The notes beneath the pieces were generated by a model that saw only the letters and a program-made list of their open reading frames with translations, searched no databases and was not told the DNA's origin. From sequence record MT611523.1: a stretch of 64,000 nt of DNA; one strand, 5' to 3'. The DNA is from Escherichia phage DK-13. The position numbers were made by a program, and so were the translations under genes. Of the stretch, positions 50,131-58,724 are shown one piece after another. How positions within the stretch are numbered: the first letter of the stretch is position 1; each line of letters begins with the position of its first letter.

Positions 50131-50158
50131 TAAAATAAAAAAGGACCCCGAAGGGTCC
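50131..50158 (-). terminator. rho-independent terminator downstream of gene 52 and the 32-aa ORF
   Basis: - strand GGACCCTTCGGGGTCC then TTTTTTATTTT. Confidence 0.7.
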
Positions 50159-50256
50159 TAGTCTTTATCTATCTTATTACCAATAAACATACCAACAATC
50201 ACACCTGCGATTGCCGCGAAAATACAAAGCAATGCAAACTCAACTCCAAAACTCAT
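50158..50256 (-). CDS. 32-aa hydrophobic membrane peptide, translationally coupled to gene 52 (ATGA)
   Basis: MSFGVEFALLCIFAAIAGVIVGMFIGNKIDKD; SD TGGAGG inside gene 52 3' end; not in ORF track. Confidence 0.35.
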   Translation of the reverse strand: MSFGVEFALLCIFAAIAGVIVGMFIGNKIDKD

Positions 50257-51632
50257 AGAGCCTCCAGGTCATTAAGGTATTCAGTTTTAACATCAGTTGT
50301 CTTCCAGTACTCATGCTCAGCTTTCTTAGCCTTTGCTTCGTCTGCAAGCTTCTTGGCTTCATCAGAGGTCATATGGTAGATGTTCATCGCCACTAACTTC
50401 TCTGCATAATCGCCATATATTTCACTCGCCTGGAGTTCCTCAATCAACTTCTTACGAGGTTTCCCCTGGATAACAACCTTGCCATCAATCACTTCTTTAA
50501 TAAAGAAGACTTTTGCTCGGGCCAGTTTAAATGCTGCTTCAGTTTCTTTAATCTTACTGTCAATTCGCACTTGAACATAAGTCTTACGGACATCAACGAA
50601 ATCGCGAATCAGGTCAAGCGTGTTTGTGTATTCAGCCAGCTTGCCTTTGTGATTAAGCACTGTTAAGTTCTGGGAGAGCTTCTCAATCAGACCAAAGTCT
50701 TTCATGATTTTCTCATGATTTTCTTCTTCAGTACCATCCAACTTGTATTCTTTGCGGAATTTAATCTTAAACCCAAAACCATGCTCGCCACAGTTATCTT
50801 TCCAGGTGATAAAACCTTTCTCTTCCAGCGGGTCCAGGATTTTACTTGTATACTTTTCCAGGTTCCATTGGACCGGGATTTCAGTAATTTCCATTTGGGT
50901 CCTGGAAGTCATTTTGTATGTGCCATGAAGCTCATACTTACCAGGCTCTTCCAGCTCAACCACTTTACCGCGGAATTCTGGATATTTTACTTTCGGAGCA
51001 ACCGGCTCCCGACCTTCCACGATAGCTTTAACAGCTTCCTTGACGTCCTGGAACGAATGAGGAAGAATATCAGTAGCGAAGCCAACAGCAATCCCAGAAG
51101 TGGCGTTAAGTAATACAGTAGGAATAACAGGAAGATAAAAAGCAGGAGGCTTATGTTCTTCATCAGGATGGACCGGAGCATATTCTGTATCCTTAAACAA
51201 GTTATAAAAGTTCTTTGAAACCCTTGCGAATACATAACGAGCTGATGATGCTTCTGGAACCATTCTGGAACCAAAGTTACCTTGCCCATCAAACATGGGG
51301 TATTCATTTTTATATGTTGCGACCAAACCAGAAGTTGCTTCTTCCGCTGATGCTTCGCCATGGTGATAACCATAATCAGCTACGCCACCTGCAATGGAGG
51401 CAACCTTATGGAATTTATTCTTATCGCCACGAGCCAGGTCTAATGCTCTCGCCATAACAAATCTGTGAACTGGTTTAAAACCATCAATCATGTTTGGGAT
51501 GGCACGACCTTCCACAGTGTAGATAGCATATGACAATGCTTCCACATCAATAATGTCTTTTAGACTGCGTGGGTTAAGGGACCCCATGGAATCACTGAAC
51601 TGTTTGGACATCATACTTAAAACGTCAGACAT
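50253..51632 (-). CDS. 52: DNA topoisomerase II medium subunit gp52 (GyrA-like)
   Basis: 459 aa; GyrA/ParC-type N-terminal region DGFKPVHRFVMARALDL; synteny. Confidence 0.9.
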   Translation of the reverse strand: MSDVLSMMSKQFSDSMGSLNPRSLKDIIDVEALSYAIYTVEGRAIPNMIDGFKPVHRFVMARALDLARGDKNKFHKVASIAGGVADYGYHHGEASAEEATSGLVATYKNEYPMFDGQGNFGSRMVPEASSARYVFARVSKNFYNLFKDTEYAPVHPDEEHKPPAFYLPVIPTVLLNATSGIAVGFATDILPHSFQDVKEAVKAIVEGREPVAPKVKYPEFRGKVVELEEPGKYELHGTYKMTSRTQMEITEIPVQWNLEKYTSKILDPLEEKGFITWKDNCGEHGFGFKIKFRKEYKLDGTEEENHEKIMKDFGLIEKLSQNLTVLNHKGKLAEYTNTLDLIRDFVDVRKTYVQVRIDSKIKETEAAFKLARAKVFFIKEVIDGKVVIQGKPRKKLIEELQASEIYGDYAEKLVAMNIYHMTSDEAKKLADEAKAKKAEHEYWKTTDVKTEYLNDLEAL

Positions 51633-51640
51633 ATATCACC

Positions 51641-51781
51641 TTACCAGATTAACGAATGTACTGCCATTATAGCATCAGAAATAAAAAGCACAACCTGTAC
51701 TAATGCAAACATAACTCCATAATACAACGCTACCAATAAGGTAGCAAGGGCTAACGAGTAGCCCAAGATTTTCTTAATCAT
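51641..51781 (-). CDS. 46-aa hydrophobic membrane peptide
   Basis: MIKKILGYSLALATLLVALYYGVMFALVQVVLFISDAIMAVHSLIW; ATG overlaps upstream stop (ATGA); not in ORF track. Confidence 0.4.
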   Translation of the reverse strand: MIKKILGYSLALATLLVALYYGVMFALVQVVLFISDAIMAVHSLIW

Positions 51782-51942
51782 TTATTAATAGCCGATTCAA
51801 GAAATTTAACTAAGGCATCCAGTACAAACCATGTGCAAATAAATCCTGCAAAAAGAGTACTTGGGACCCATACACCTGTAGCAAAAAGAGTCACAGCAAC
51901 GATAACAGCTACGAGCCAGATAAAAGTAAAAACTGATTGCAT
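51778..51942 (-). CDS. 54-aa membrane protein (possible Ac-like)
   Basis: Start moved to ATG after GAGGAAAAC; MQSVFTFIWLVAVIVAVTLFATGVWVPSTLFAGFICTWFVLDAL... Confidence 0.45.
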   Translation of the reverse strand: MQSVFTFIWLVAVIVAVTLFATGVWVPSTLFAGFICTWFVLDALVKFLESAINK

Positions 51943-52031
51943 GTTTTCCTCACAGGCGTCCAAAGACGCCAGTTAATTTCAGATTATGACGATGCCATTG
52001 CATCACATGTTCGTTATGGAAATTACTCATA

Positions 52032-52481
52032 TTAATAGCTCTGTAAAATGAATTTAAAGTTATCAGCAAGCATGCGATTCATTTCTGAAAGGGTCTGGCA
52101 ATCAGAACTATGTGAGCGAGTGAACGCCATCGCAATTTGACCTTTACCATAACCAGTTGTCAGAGGTTTCATTTTAGAAACTGGGACAAACAGGACTTCA
52201 TAGATAACCCCATTGTTCGCCATTGTGCGAGACAGTTGCGAACGCTGTTTGCGGATGTGACTTAATACAGTGTCAAACCCTTGTTGTGAACGTTGGTTAC
52301 CAACATAAAAACGTGCGGCAACAATACGTGATTCGCCTTCACCTTTGACCACGAAATAAAAACCTGGTTGGGTGACAGCTTCTTTAGTTGGACGCCCTGC
52401 AACATAATTGCCATTATGGATGTGAGCAACAGTGGTAGCGCCAGCATTCAGTACGTCACGACGGGTCATGTAAGTAGTCAT
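52032..52481 (-). CDS. hypothetical 149-aa protein, candidate Ndd (nucleoid disruption) by position and size
   Basis: Between gene 52 and rIIB, size close to T4 Ndd; sequence only vaguely familiar. Confidence 0.4.
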   Translation of the reverse strand: MTTYMTRRDVLNAGATTVAHIHNGNYVAGRPTKEAVTQPGFYFVVKGEGESRIVAARFYVGNQRSQQGFDTVLSHIRKQRSQLSRTMANNGVIYEVLFVPVSKMKPLTTGYGKGQIAMAFTRSHSSDCQTLSEMNRMLADNFKFILQSY

Positions 52482-52520
52482 ATTAATTTCCTCAGTAAGT
52501 TAAAGTTTTGTGCTCCAGTG

Positions 52521-52555
52521 GGGGTCATTATACTCTGACCCCAAGAGTTTGTACA
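52521..52555 (-). promoter_or_regulatory. early promoter with inverted repeat spanning -10
   Basis: - strand TGTACA-aactcttGGGGTCAgag-TATAAT-gACCCC; arms GGGGTCA/TGACCCC. Confidence 0.5.
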
Positions 52556-52900
52556 CTATTTTTGAAGTTGTTCTAAAATAAATCCGCTGGTGTAAAGGCT
52601 TGCATTATACAGGCGGTCAAGAGACAACGAATCCAATCCATAAGCTTCGCGAATTGCATTGATAACACTCTCATAACTTGTATAATAAACATCACGATAA
52701 TCGCGGTCCATAGTCATGCGGAACTTAATAAATTTGTAGAAACCAGTTTCAGGGTCCTGATAGAATGCAAATTCTGCAGACATCAAATTTTTAAGGTTAA
52801 CAGCTTTTGTACCACCTGAATAACTTAAATCAAATGCTTCTGATATGCTAATCTGTTTAAAGAACATAATGTTGCGATTACCAAAAAATACTTTAGACAT
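52556..52900 (-). CDS. hypothetical protein
   Basis: 114-aa ORF with own promoter. Confidence 0.5.
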   Translation of the reverse strand: MSKVFFGNRNIMFFKQISISEAFDLSYSGGTKAVNLKNLMSAEFAFYQDPETGFYKFIKFRMTMDRDYRDVYYTSYESVINAIREAYGLDSLSLDRLYNASLYTSGFILEQLQK

Positions 52901-52932
52901 AATATTTTCCTCAATTAAATTTTATTATCCAC

Positions 52933-52967
52933 GGGAACATTATACTCTGCTCCCAAGAGTTTGTACA
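52933..52967 (-). promoter_or_regulatory. early promoter with inverted repeat spanning -10
   Basis: - strand TGTACA-aactcttGGGAGCAgag-TATAAT-gTTCCC; arms GGGAGCA/TGTTCCC (one G-T wobble position). Confidence 0.5.
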
Positions 52968-53213
52968 CTATTCTACATCTACTGCGCCATCCCACAAGTC
53001 AACTTCTTCTGATGATTCCATCAGTTCATCAACTGTGAAGCACTCAGTATTATTTTCAATTGCAAAACGCTTCTGATAAAAAGGATAATCCAAACAGTTT
53101 TCAGTGCGCACGGGGCGTTCACTGTTATCCATTAAAGGCGAAATGCGAATCAGTTGTTGACCATTACCCAGGACAAATTTTTCACCAACTGCAATGTCTT
53201 TAAAAAGTTTCAT
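52968..53213 (-). CDS. hypothetical protein
   Basis: 81-aa ORF. Confidence 0.5.
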   Translation of the reverse strand: MKLFKDIAVGEKFVLGNGQQLIRISPLMDNSERPVRTENCLDYPFYQKRFAIENNTECFTVDELMESSEEVDLWDGAVDVE

Positions 53214-53416
53214 TGCTTAGCTCCATTCCAAATTACATCAACAACAGACTTCAAACCATTATCCTGGATTTGTGTGAATACTTCAGCAGCAATCCAGAGC
53301 TGGAAACCAATCATTGCAATGGCACCAATGAAAATCAGGATAATCATTGCCACAATAAACTTGAACATAAAGTCAAAGCGACGATTGGATTTCTGAAAGT
53401 GTGAATTGTAATTCAT
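53210..53416 (-). CDS. small membrane protein (68 aa)
   Basis: Start moved to ATG after TTGAGGATAATATT; hydrophobic segment FMFKFIVAMIILIFIGAIAMIGFQLWIAA. Confidence 0.45.
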   Translation of the reverse strand: MNYNSHFQKSNRRFDFMFKFIVAMIILIFIGAIAMIGFQLWIAAEVFTQIQDNGLKSVVDVIWNGAKQ

Positions 53417-53426
53417 AATATTATCC

Positions 53427-53543
53427 TCAAAAGAAATAGTTAAAGTAAACACGCACATGGTCAATCATAAAAACAATTGGGAAAATGCTCAGGACAACAA
53501 ACAGTACAAACATGTTCCAAATGGCTTTAAGTAACTTTTTCAT
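53427..53543 (-). CDS. 38-aa hydrophobic peptide, not in ORF track
   Basis: MKKLLKAIWNMFVLFVVLSIFPIVFMIDHVRVYFNYFF after SD CTGGAGATGATT. Confidence 0.3.
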   Translation of the reverse strand: MKKLLKAIWNMFVLFVVLSIFPIVFMIDHVRVYFNYFF

Positions 53544-53688
53544 AATCATCTCCAGTAGTTGATAGGTTCATTATACTACAACCACTGGAGATGTATACTC
53601 TTTTATGCAAGTTTCATTAATAATAAACTAAAACAAACGCAAATTACTGGGATACACAATATCCAGATAAGACACCAGGTTTTGCTGC

Positions 53689-53955
53689 TCAAAATATCAC
53701 CTCTTTGATTTCAATCAGACCACGGTGCAATGCAGTGCGAAGGTCATAAAGAATATCTATGCCATCAACATTATCCAGTTTTCCATCAATAAGCTTTTTT
53801 AAATCACGCTTTGATGCAACTAGCGGGCGAAGAAATTTACATTCAGAAAGAGACAACTCTGTAGTAACATCATCACCATCACCTGACGCATCATACATGG
53901 CGGCAACAACCATACCTGTAACTTTGTGCTTGGCGTAATATAATTTGATATCCAT
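53689..53955 (-). CDS. hypothetical protein
   Basis: 88-aa ORF, SD GGAGAAACAAA. Confidence 0.5.
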   Translation of the reverse strand: MDIKLYYAKHKVTGMVVAAMYDASGDGDDVTTELSLSECKFLRPLVASKRDLKKLIDGKLDNVDGIDILYDLRTALHRGLIEIKEVIF

Positions 53956-53974
53956 TTTGTTTCTCCAGTTTGGT

Positions 53975-54019
53975 AACTCAGTATGGAATCATTATACATA
54001 GACTCCATACTGATGTACA
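53975..54019 (-). promoter_or_regulatory. early promoter with 10-bp inverted repeat flanking -10
   Basis: - strand TGTACA-TCAGTATGGA-gtctatg-TATAAT-gat-TCCATACTGA. Confidence 0.5.
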
Positions 54020-54030
54020 CTACTTTTTAA

Positions 54031-54306
54031 TTAATTTTGCATTTGTTCTTTAACTTCTTTATATGCGCCAACTGCATTCACGACCCCAGTAAAATCTGCA
54101 GTCCCACGATAGAGATAGAAAGCAATTTCAGTCAGGTGGTAGACTTCAAATTCTGAAAGATAAACGATAACGTCATAATATGCAACTTGACCCTGGACTT
54201 CGTTGAATACCACATCAAAAATTTCATGGGTTGGAAAATTGATGTTGTTGTTTTTGAGTGCTTGGATAAGAATTTGTTTGATGTTGTGAGTAGTAACGTG
54301 TTCCAT
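54031..54306 (-). CDS. hypothetical protein
   Basis: Start moved to ATG after hairpin-embedded SD (MEHVTTHNIKQ...); 91 aa. Confidence 0.5.
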   Translation of the reverse strand: MEHVTTHNIKQILIQALKNNNINFPTHEIFDVVFNEVQGQVAYYDVIVYLSEFEVYHLTEIAFYLYRGTADFTGVVNAVGAYKEVKEQMQN

Positions 54307-54312
54307 GATAAT

Positions 54313-54338
54313 GTCCTCATTTGTTGGTATGAGGACAT
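54313..54338 (-). promoter_or_regulatory. hairpin sequestering the Shine-Dalgarno of the 54031..54306 gene
   Basis: - strand TGTCCTCA-taccaacaaa-TGAGGACA then TTATCATG; SD GAGGA lies in the 3' arm. Confidence 0.45.
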
Positions 54339-54367
54339 TATTACACAGTTGGTTCAGCTTGTAAACC
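54338..54367 (-). promoter_or_regulatory. early promoter (GTTTACA) inside the 3' end of the upstream gene
   Basis: - strand GGTTTACAAGCTGAACCAACTGTGTAATAATG. Confidence 0.4.
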
Positions 54368-54947
54368 GGTGATAGGGAAATTTTTCTTCTGAACAAGAAC
54401 GGAGGTACCAGCCATCCCCTTGTGACTTCTGCACAAGACCAGACTCAGGAACGAAAGCACCAGGCCCAGCAAGGAATTTTGGTTTAAATCTATAACCTTT
54501 GAGAGTCTCTTTTACATCGAGCATAATCATAAGGTCAGCAAGTTTGTGTTGCATAAAGGGACCAAGATTAACCCCGTAACCATGTGGATAATCGCCCTGG
54601 TGACCAGTATGCACGGATATCCATTTGGAACCAGACTGGTGGGTCTTGACTTCGATTCTTACCCCTTCCTTCGAAACTACATCAAATGCAAAGGAATAAG
54701 GATTATCGTAATCTTCATCACCGCCACATAAAAAACCGGAGGTCCATTTGGCAATAGCTTGTTCAGCCATTGTGGCCACCATACATCTTTGCATGACTTG
54801 CTCACGGTCCTGACCTGGGTCTTTACGCAATGAATACCGGGCAGTGTCTACAATCTTTTGCAGGGATTCGGGGGTTAAGTCTTCCTTTGTATAAAGGAAG
54901 GAGGGCATCTTTTTCAGATGCTCCCATGTTTTACTCTTCTGAATCAT
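54354..54947 (-). CDS. PD-(D/E)xK-like nuclease candidate; possibly DenB (endonuclease IV) by position
   Basis: Start moved to ATG after AAAGGATGAGCTG; motif AFDVV...RIEVKT (D...E.K); about 197 aa near rIIB. Confidence 0.4.
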   Translation of the reverse strand: MIQKSKTWEHLKKMPSFLYTKEDLTPESLQKIVDTARYSLRKDPGQDREQVMQRCMVATMAEQAIAKWTSGFLCGGDEDYDNPYSFAFDVVSKEGVRIEVKTHQSGSKWISVHTGHQGDYPHGYGVNLGPFMQHKLADLMIMLDVKETLKGYRFKPKFLAGPGAFVPESGLVQKSQGDGWYLRSCSEEKFPYHRFTS

Positions 54948-54951
54948 CAGC

Positions 54952-55272
54952 TCATCCTTTAAAATACATATCGGATTTTTCGACAATATCCAAAGAATTT
55001 TGCTCAGCTTGCTCTTGATAATCACTGCCAATATAAACTTTGTCTACATGAACGACGCCATAATAAATTCTGGCACTTTCGGCTAGAGTAGAATGGTCCA
55101 GACTACGAAGTTCTTCTTTCGTTGCAAGAATGATGTCTCTCGCATATAACCGGCCAGTTGACTTTGTAGAAGCATAATGACAATCAACACAATAAACAAT
55201 ATCCGCAACATGATTACCATGCAACCGAATTTCATTAATAGATTCATCGCCAACGTTCATATAGTTAATCAT
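54952..55272 (-). CDS. hypothetical protein
   Basis: 106-aa ORF. Confidence 0.5.
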   Translation of the reverse strand: MINYMNVGDESINEIRLHGNHVADIVYCVDCHYASTKSTGRLYARDIILATKEELRSLDHSTLAESARIYYGVVHVDKVYIGSDYQEQAEQNSLDIVEKSDMYFKG

Positions 55273-55275
55273 AAT

Positions 55276-55473
55276 TTATTCACCAAAATAAGAGATACGA
55301 GTTGCCAGAATATGAGCATATGCGCCCATCGCATCTAACTGGGCAATCAAAAGACCTTGTTGACGAGCATCGAGAGTTTCAAAAACACCACCCTTAATAA
55401 ATTCTTCAAGAGCATTGATTTTCAAAACCAGCTGGTCATGTTCTTCAACTACACGTGCTTGGAAACCTAACAT
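55276..55473 (-). CDS. hypothetical protein
   Basis: 65-aa ORF; GGGGCTTCGGCCCC hairpin immediately 5' of its SD. Confidence 0.5.
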   Translation of the reverse strand: MLGFQARVVEEHDQLVLKINALEEFIKGGVFETLDARQQGLLIAQLDAMGAYAHILATRISYFGE

Positions 55474-55506
55474 AAAGCCTCATTAGGGGCCGAAGCCCCG
55501 ATTAAT

Positions 55507-56481
55507 TTAGAATTGTTCAGTTACATCGTCAAGGACTAAGTAACCACAGACCCGCATTTTGGAATCATTATAATCCACCGGGATACTTACAACATCACGC
55601 GGGTGAACTTTACAGGATACGATGCGTCCATCACCATGACCAAAACCACTTCCGATATAACCTTTAGAGCAAACATGCAGCCCGGTTGAACAGGTCTGTT
55701 CGTCATTATCGTTCACACGAGAGCGCGGCATTTTAACATATTGGCCAGGGCTGTTGTCGAATGTATTTGAGTGACAATCTTTGTAAGTTGCACGAACCAT
55801 TTTCCATGTGATGAAATGACCGTCTTCGGTGATTTCAATATCGTTCGCAACCAGGAAGTCAAACAAACGCTGTACAGCTTTTTCACTCGGGTTCTCAAGG
55901 AGATTCTCAAGGAACGGCAGATAGAATTCAAAGTCTTCGCCATTTTGCATTGAATCAATGATACGAGTAACCAGGCCGGAGCGCAGTTCAATTCCCTGAT
56001 AGAACAAACTACCACCTTCAATACGCACATCACCTTTCACATATTTTTGTACTGCAGCTTTGATTGAGATAAACTCGATAGCATCATCAAAACGAGATTC
56101 TTTGAGTGCCTGAATAATATCATCAAAGTGTTTATGGTCTTTTGTTGCGTTCCAGACTGTACGACCTTCAGTGATGGAAACGAATTTGCTTGATGCGTTC
56201 CATACGATTTCTGGACGGCTACCGCCGATTGTATCTTCAACAACCGGGACTTCAACCGTTACTGTCACCGGAGCATTAATCGCCACCCCGACAGCGGCTT
56301 TCAATGATGCAGAAATGGTTTTAGATAATTTTGATTCTTTATCATTTTTCAAAACACGGCGAATGGTGTCAACCGATACACCGAAATTATCTGCTAGTTC
56401 CTGTTGGGTATAATTACCAGTTTTATAAAGAGAAACTACCTGGTTTTGGTCAAATTTGGATAAAGCTTTAATATTAAACAT
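55507..56481 (-). CDS. rIIB: rIIB lysis-inhibition/membrane-integrity protein
   Basis: 324 aa directly downstream of rIIA; sizes and order as in T4. Confidence 0.8.
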   Translation of the reverse strand: MFNIKALSKFDQNQVVSLYKTGNYTQQELADNFGVSVDTIRRVLKNDKESKLSKTISASLKAAVGVAINAPVTVTVEVPVVEDTIGGSRPEIVWNASSKFVSITEGRTVWNATKDHKHFDDIIQALKESRFDDAIEFISIKAAVQKYVKGDVRIEGGSLFYQGIELRSGLVTRIIDSMQNGEDFEFYLPFLENLLENPSEKAVQRLFDFLVANDIEITEDGHFITWKMVRATYKDCHSNTFDNSPGQYVKMPRSRVNDNDEQTCSTGLHVCSKGYIGSGFGHGDGRIVSCKVHPRDVVSIPVDYNDSKMRVCGYLVLDDVTEQF

Positions 56482-56482
56482 A

Positions 56483-58717
56483 TTATTCCTTATTGGCCGC
56501 TTCCACGGCCTTCATGATTTGAGCAACGTTCTGTACTTGTTCAGTTGACATGGCGTTACGGTTATATAAAAAGTGTGAAACAATCGGGTGATTCTTTTCA
56601 AATTCAAAAACCATTTTATCGCTTGTTACCGAAGCGTTTTTGGTCAGGTCGTCATAAATCTTATTACAAAGGACCAGAGTTTCCTGCATGGTCTTATCAA
56701 CTGTTCCACTGTTATATGCATTATAAGCAAAGAACTTATTGAACTGCATTAGTTCAGCATAGTCAGTGTTCACATCTTTCTGAACATCTTTCGCATAAAA
56801 ATACTTGAACATAAAATTCAGTTCTGCATATTCAGACAGGATAGGAATATAATAACGCGAACGGCTTGAAGCGGCAATGTACTGGTCCGCATCAACTGAA
56901 TCAATCAATTCCACATAACCATTGACTGCAGCTTCAATCAGACAATCACACTGCGCCAGCTTGGTAACCTTTTTCTGAAGCTGTGGACGAATAACACAGA
57001 ATTCATTGATTTCCAACAGGTTTGCCAGTTTACACAATGTCTGGGTCCCGAAGGTCGTGGTGCCATATTCTTGATTCAACGGGGAAATGCTGCTGCGGTT
57101 AATGAATACAGCATAACCATCGATTTCCTCTGCATCAGCAGCACACGTAAATTCTTCAACAGCCTGCCATCGACCATTGGTTTTAGTCCAACGAATCACC
57201 GATGGAGTCTTTGACTTAACACGCTCTTTCGGGTCCGCAACCGGAATCCAGTCTTTTACAAGGGCGGTCAGTTCAGACGTACGATAGATATTAACTGTAT
57301 CGCCTTTAAATCGTTCTTGAAGTTGAACCATCAGACGTGTTTGAATTTCGCTGGTTGGGTCAACGAACAATAGACTACTACCCTGCACAGTCGGAACTTT
57401 ACCAGATGCTTTGAGCTTTTTGGCTTTCGCGCTGGTGTCATACAGCATTGAACTGATACCACGAATCATCGCAATTCGCCCTTTAGCATCGTCAATAACA
57501 ATATTCAAGGTATCATTATGAATACCAAACATGCTTGTCAGGCTTGCAGTATTCGTGTTCGAGCTTGAGTTACGCAGACGTTTCAGACGGGTGGTGCTAT
57601 AGATATCATAGACAACCCCGGCATTAATAAGGTCTTTGTCCAGCTCGAACATTTCGTACATCTGGTTAAAAGTCAATTGTGATTTTGTAAATTTCGTTTC
57701 AGCATTACGAGCTTTCAGAAAATTACGAGCTTCATAACTCAGACTCTGCAATTCGCGATACGTATGGCGGATACATTCTGATTCCTGCCATTTCTTACAA
57801 TCATCTTCCATGACCTTCTTATCAAGCGATTCAATACGTTCAACGATATTTGCGACCGTACGTTTGTCCAGTGATAATGCTTCGCGAGAAGGTGCAATAT
57901 CCAACGAACCCATCGGGAACTTAATAAAGACAACATCATTTTTGGCAGTCATCCAGGTTTTCTTTGTATAACCATCACCAATCGGATAAACAATACCGCC
58001 GTAAATTGCATAAAGTCCATAACGTTCTGGGCTGCTATAATCAATACGCGCTGGAGCATAATAATCATCAAATTCTGGGAAGTAATTAATTTCGCCTACG
58101 CCTTGCACTTCAGCCAGTCCAGCAAATGGACGCATGATATACGCAATCTCGTAGCGGAACTTACCAAAATCATTACTATCAACCGGGACAACAACTTCAA
58201 TCCCTGTGCGGTCACCAGGTTTCATTGGTTCGCTAAAGGTTGGCTTAATCTGTGGACCATCGCCGTCCATATAAGCGACATATCCATTAACTTGACCATC
58301 ATGATATGAAATCAGGCTAAACGTCTCGGTATAACTGAACGGAGATTTAGAACCCAGACCAAAGCCACCAATAAAATCATTGGATTCAGCCTTGGATGAT
58401 GCAAAGAAACTGTTATACAGACCTGGAGTGTTTTCATCACCACGAATCTGGAAATCACTCATACCTGGACCAAAGTCACGACACACAAAACGTGGGTCCA
58501 GTTCACCAGGAGCTTGAACAATGAATTTATCCTGACAGCCATTGAGCATATGAGCATCAATCATATTGGTAATCAACTCACGAACAACTGCACGCACCTT
58601 ATTTGTGTAAAGGTCGCTGGTCAGAATCTTAAACACCTTTGGAGATGCCTGGATTGTGAATGCTGATGCCTTGGCACCATTACCAAGGATTGTTTCCTTT
58701 TCAGTTTCTAAAATCAT
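56483..58717 (-). CDS. rIIA: rIIA protein (GHKL-type ATPase-like N-terminus)
   Basis: 744 aa; N-terminal histidine-kinase-like ATPase signature (ELITNMIDA..., GGFGLGSKS); position between 39-side genes and rIIB. Confidence 0.85.
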   Translation of the reverse strand: MILETEKETILGNGAKASAFTIQASPKVFKILTSDLYTNKVRAVVRELITNMIDAHMLNGCQDKFIVQAPGELDPRFVCRDFGPGMSDFQIRGDENTPGLYNSFFASSKAESNDFIGGFGLGSKSPFSYTETFSLISYHDGQVNGYVAYMDGDGPQIKPTFSEPMKPGDRTGIEVVVPVDSNDFGKFRYEIAYIMRPFAGLAEVQGVGEINYFPEFDDYYAPARIDYSSPERYGLYAIYGGIVYPIGDGYTKKTWMTAKNDVVFIKFPMGSLDIAPSREALSLDKRTVANIVERIESLDKKVMEDDCKKWQESECIRHTYRELQSLSYEARNFLKARNAETKFTKSQLTFNQMYEMFELDKDLINAGVVYDIYSTTRLKRLRNSSSNTNTASLTSMFGIHNDTLNIVIDDAKGRIAMIRGISSMLYDTSAKAKKLKASGKVPTVQGSSLLFVDPTSEIQTRLMVQLQERFKGDTVNIYRTSELTALVKDWIPVADPKERVKSKTPSVIRWTKTNGRWQAVEEFTCAADAEEIDGYAVFINRSSISPLNQEYGTTTFGTQTLCKLANLLEINEFCVIRPQLQKKVTKLAQCDCLIEAAVNGYVELIDSVDADQYIAASSRSRYYIPILSEYAELNFMFKYFYAKDVQKDVNTDYAELMQFNKFFAYNAYNSGTVDKTMQETLVLCNKIYDDLTKNASVTSDKMVFEFEKNHPIVSHFLYNRNAMSTEQVQNVAQIMKAVEAANKE

Positions 58718-58724
58718 GTTTTTC

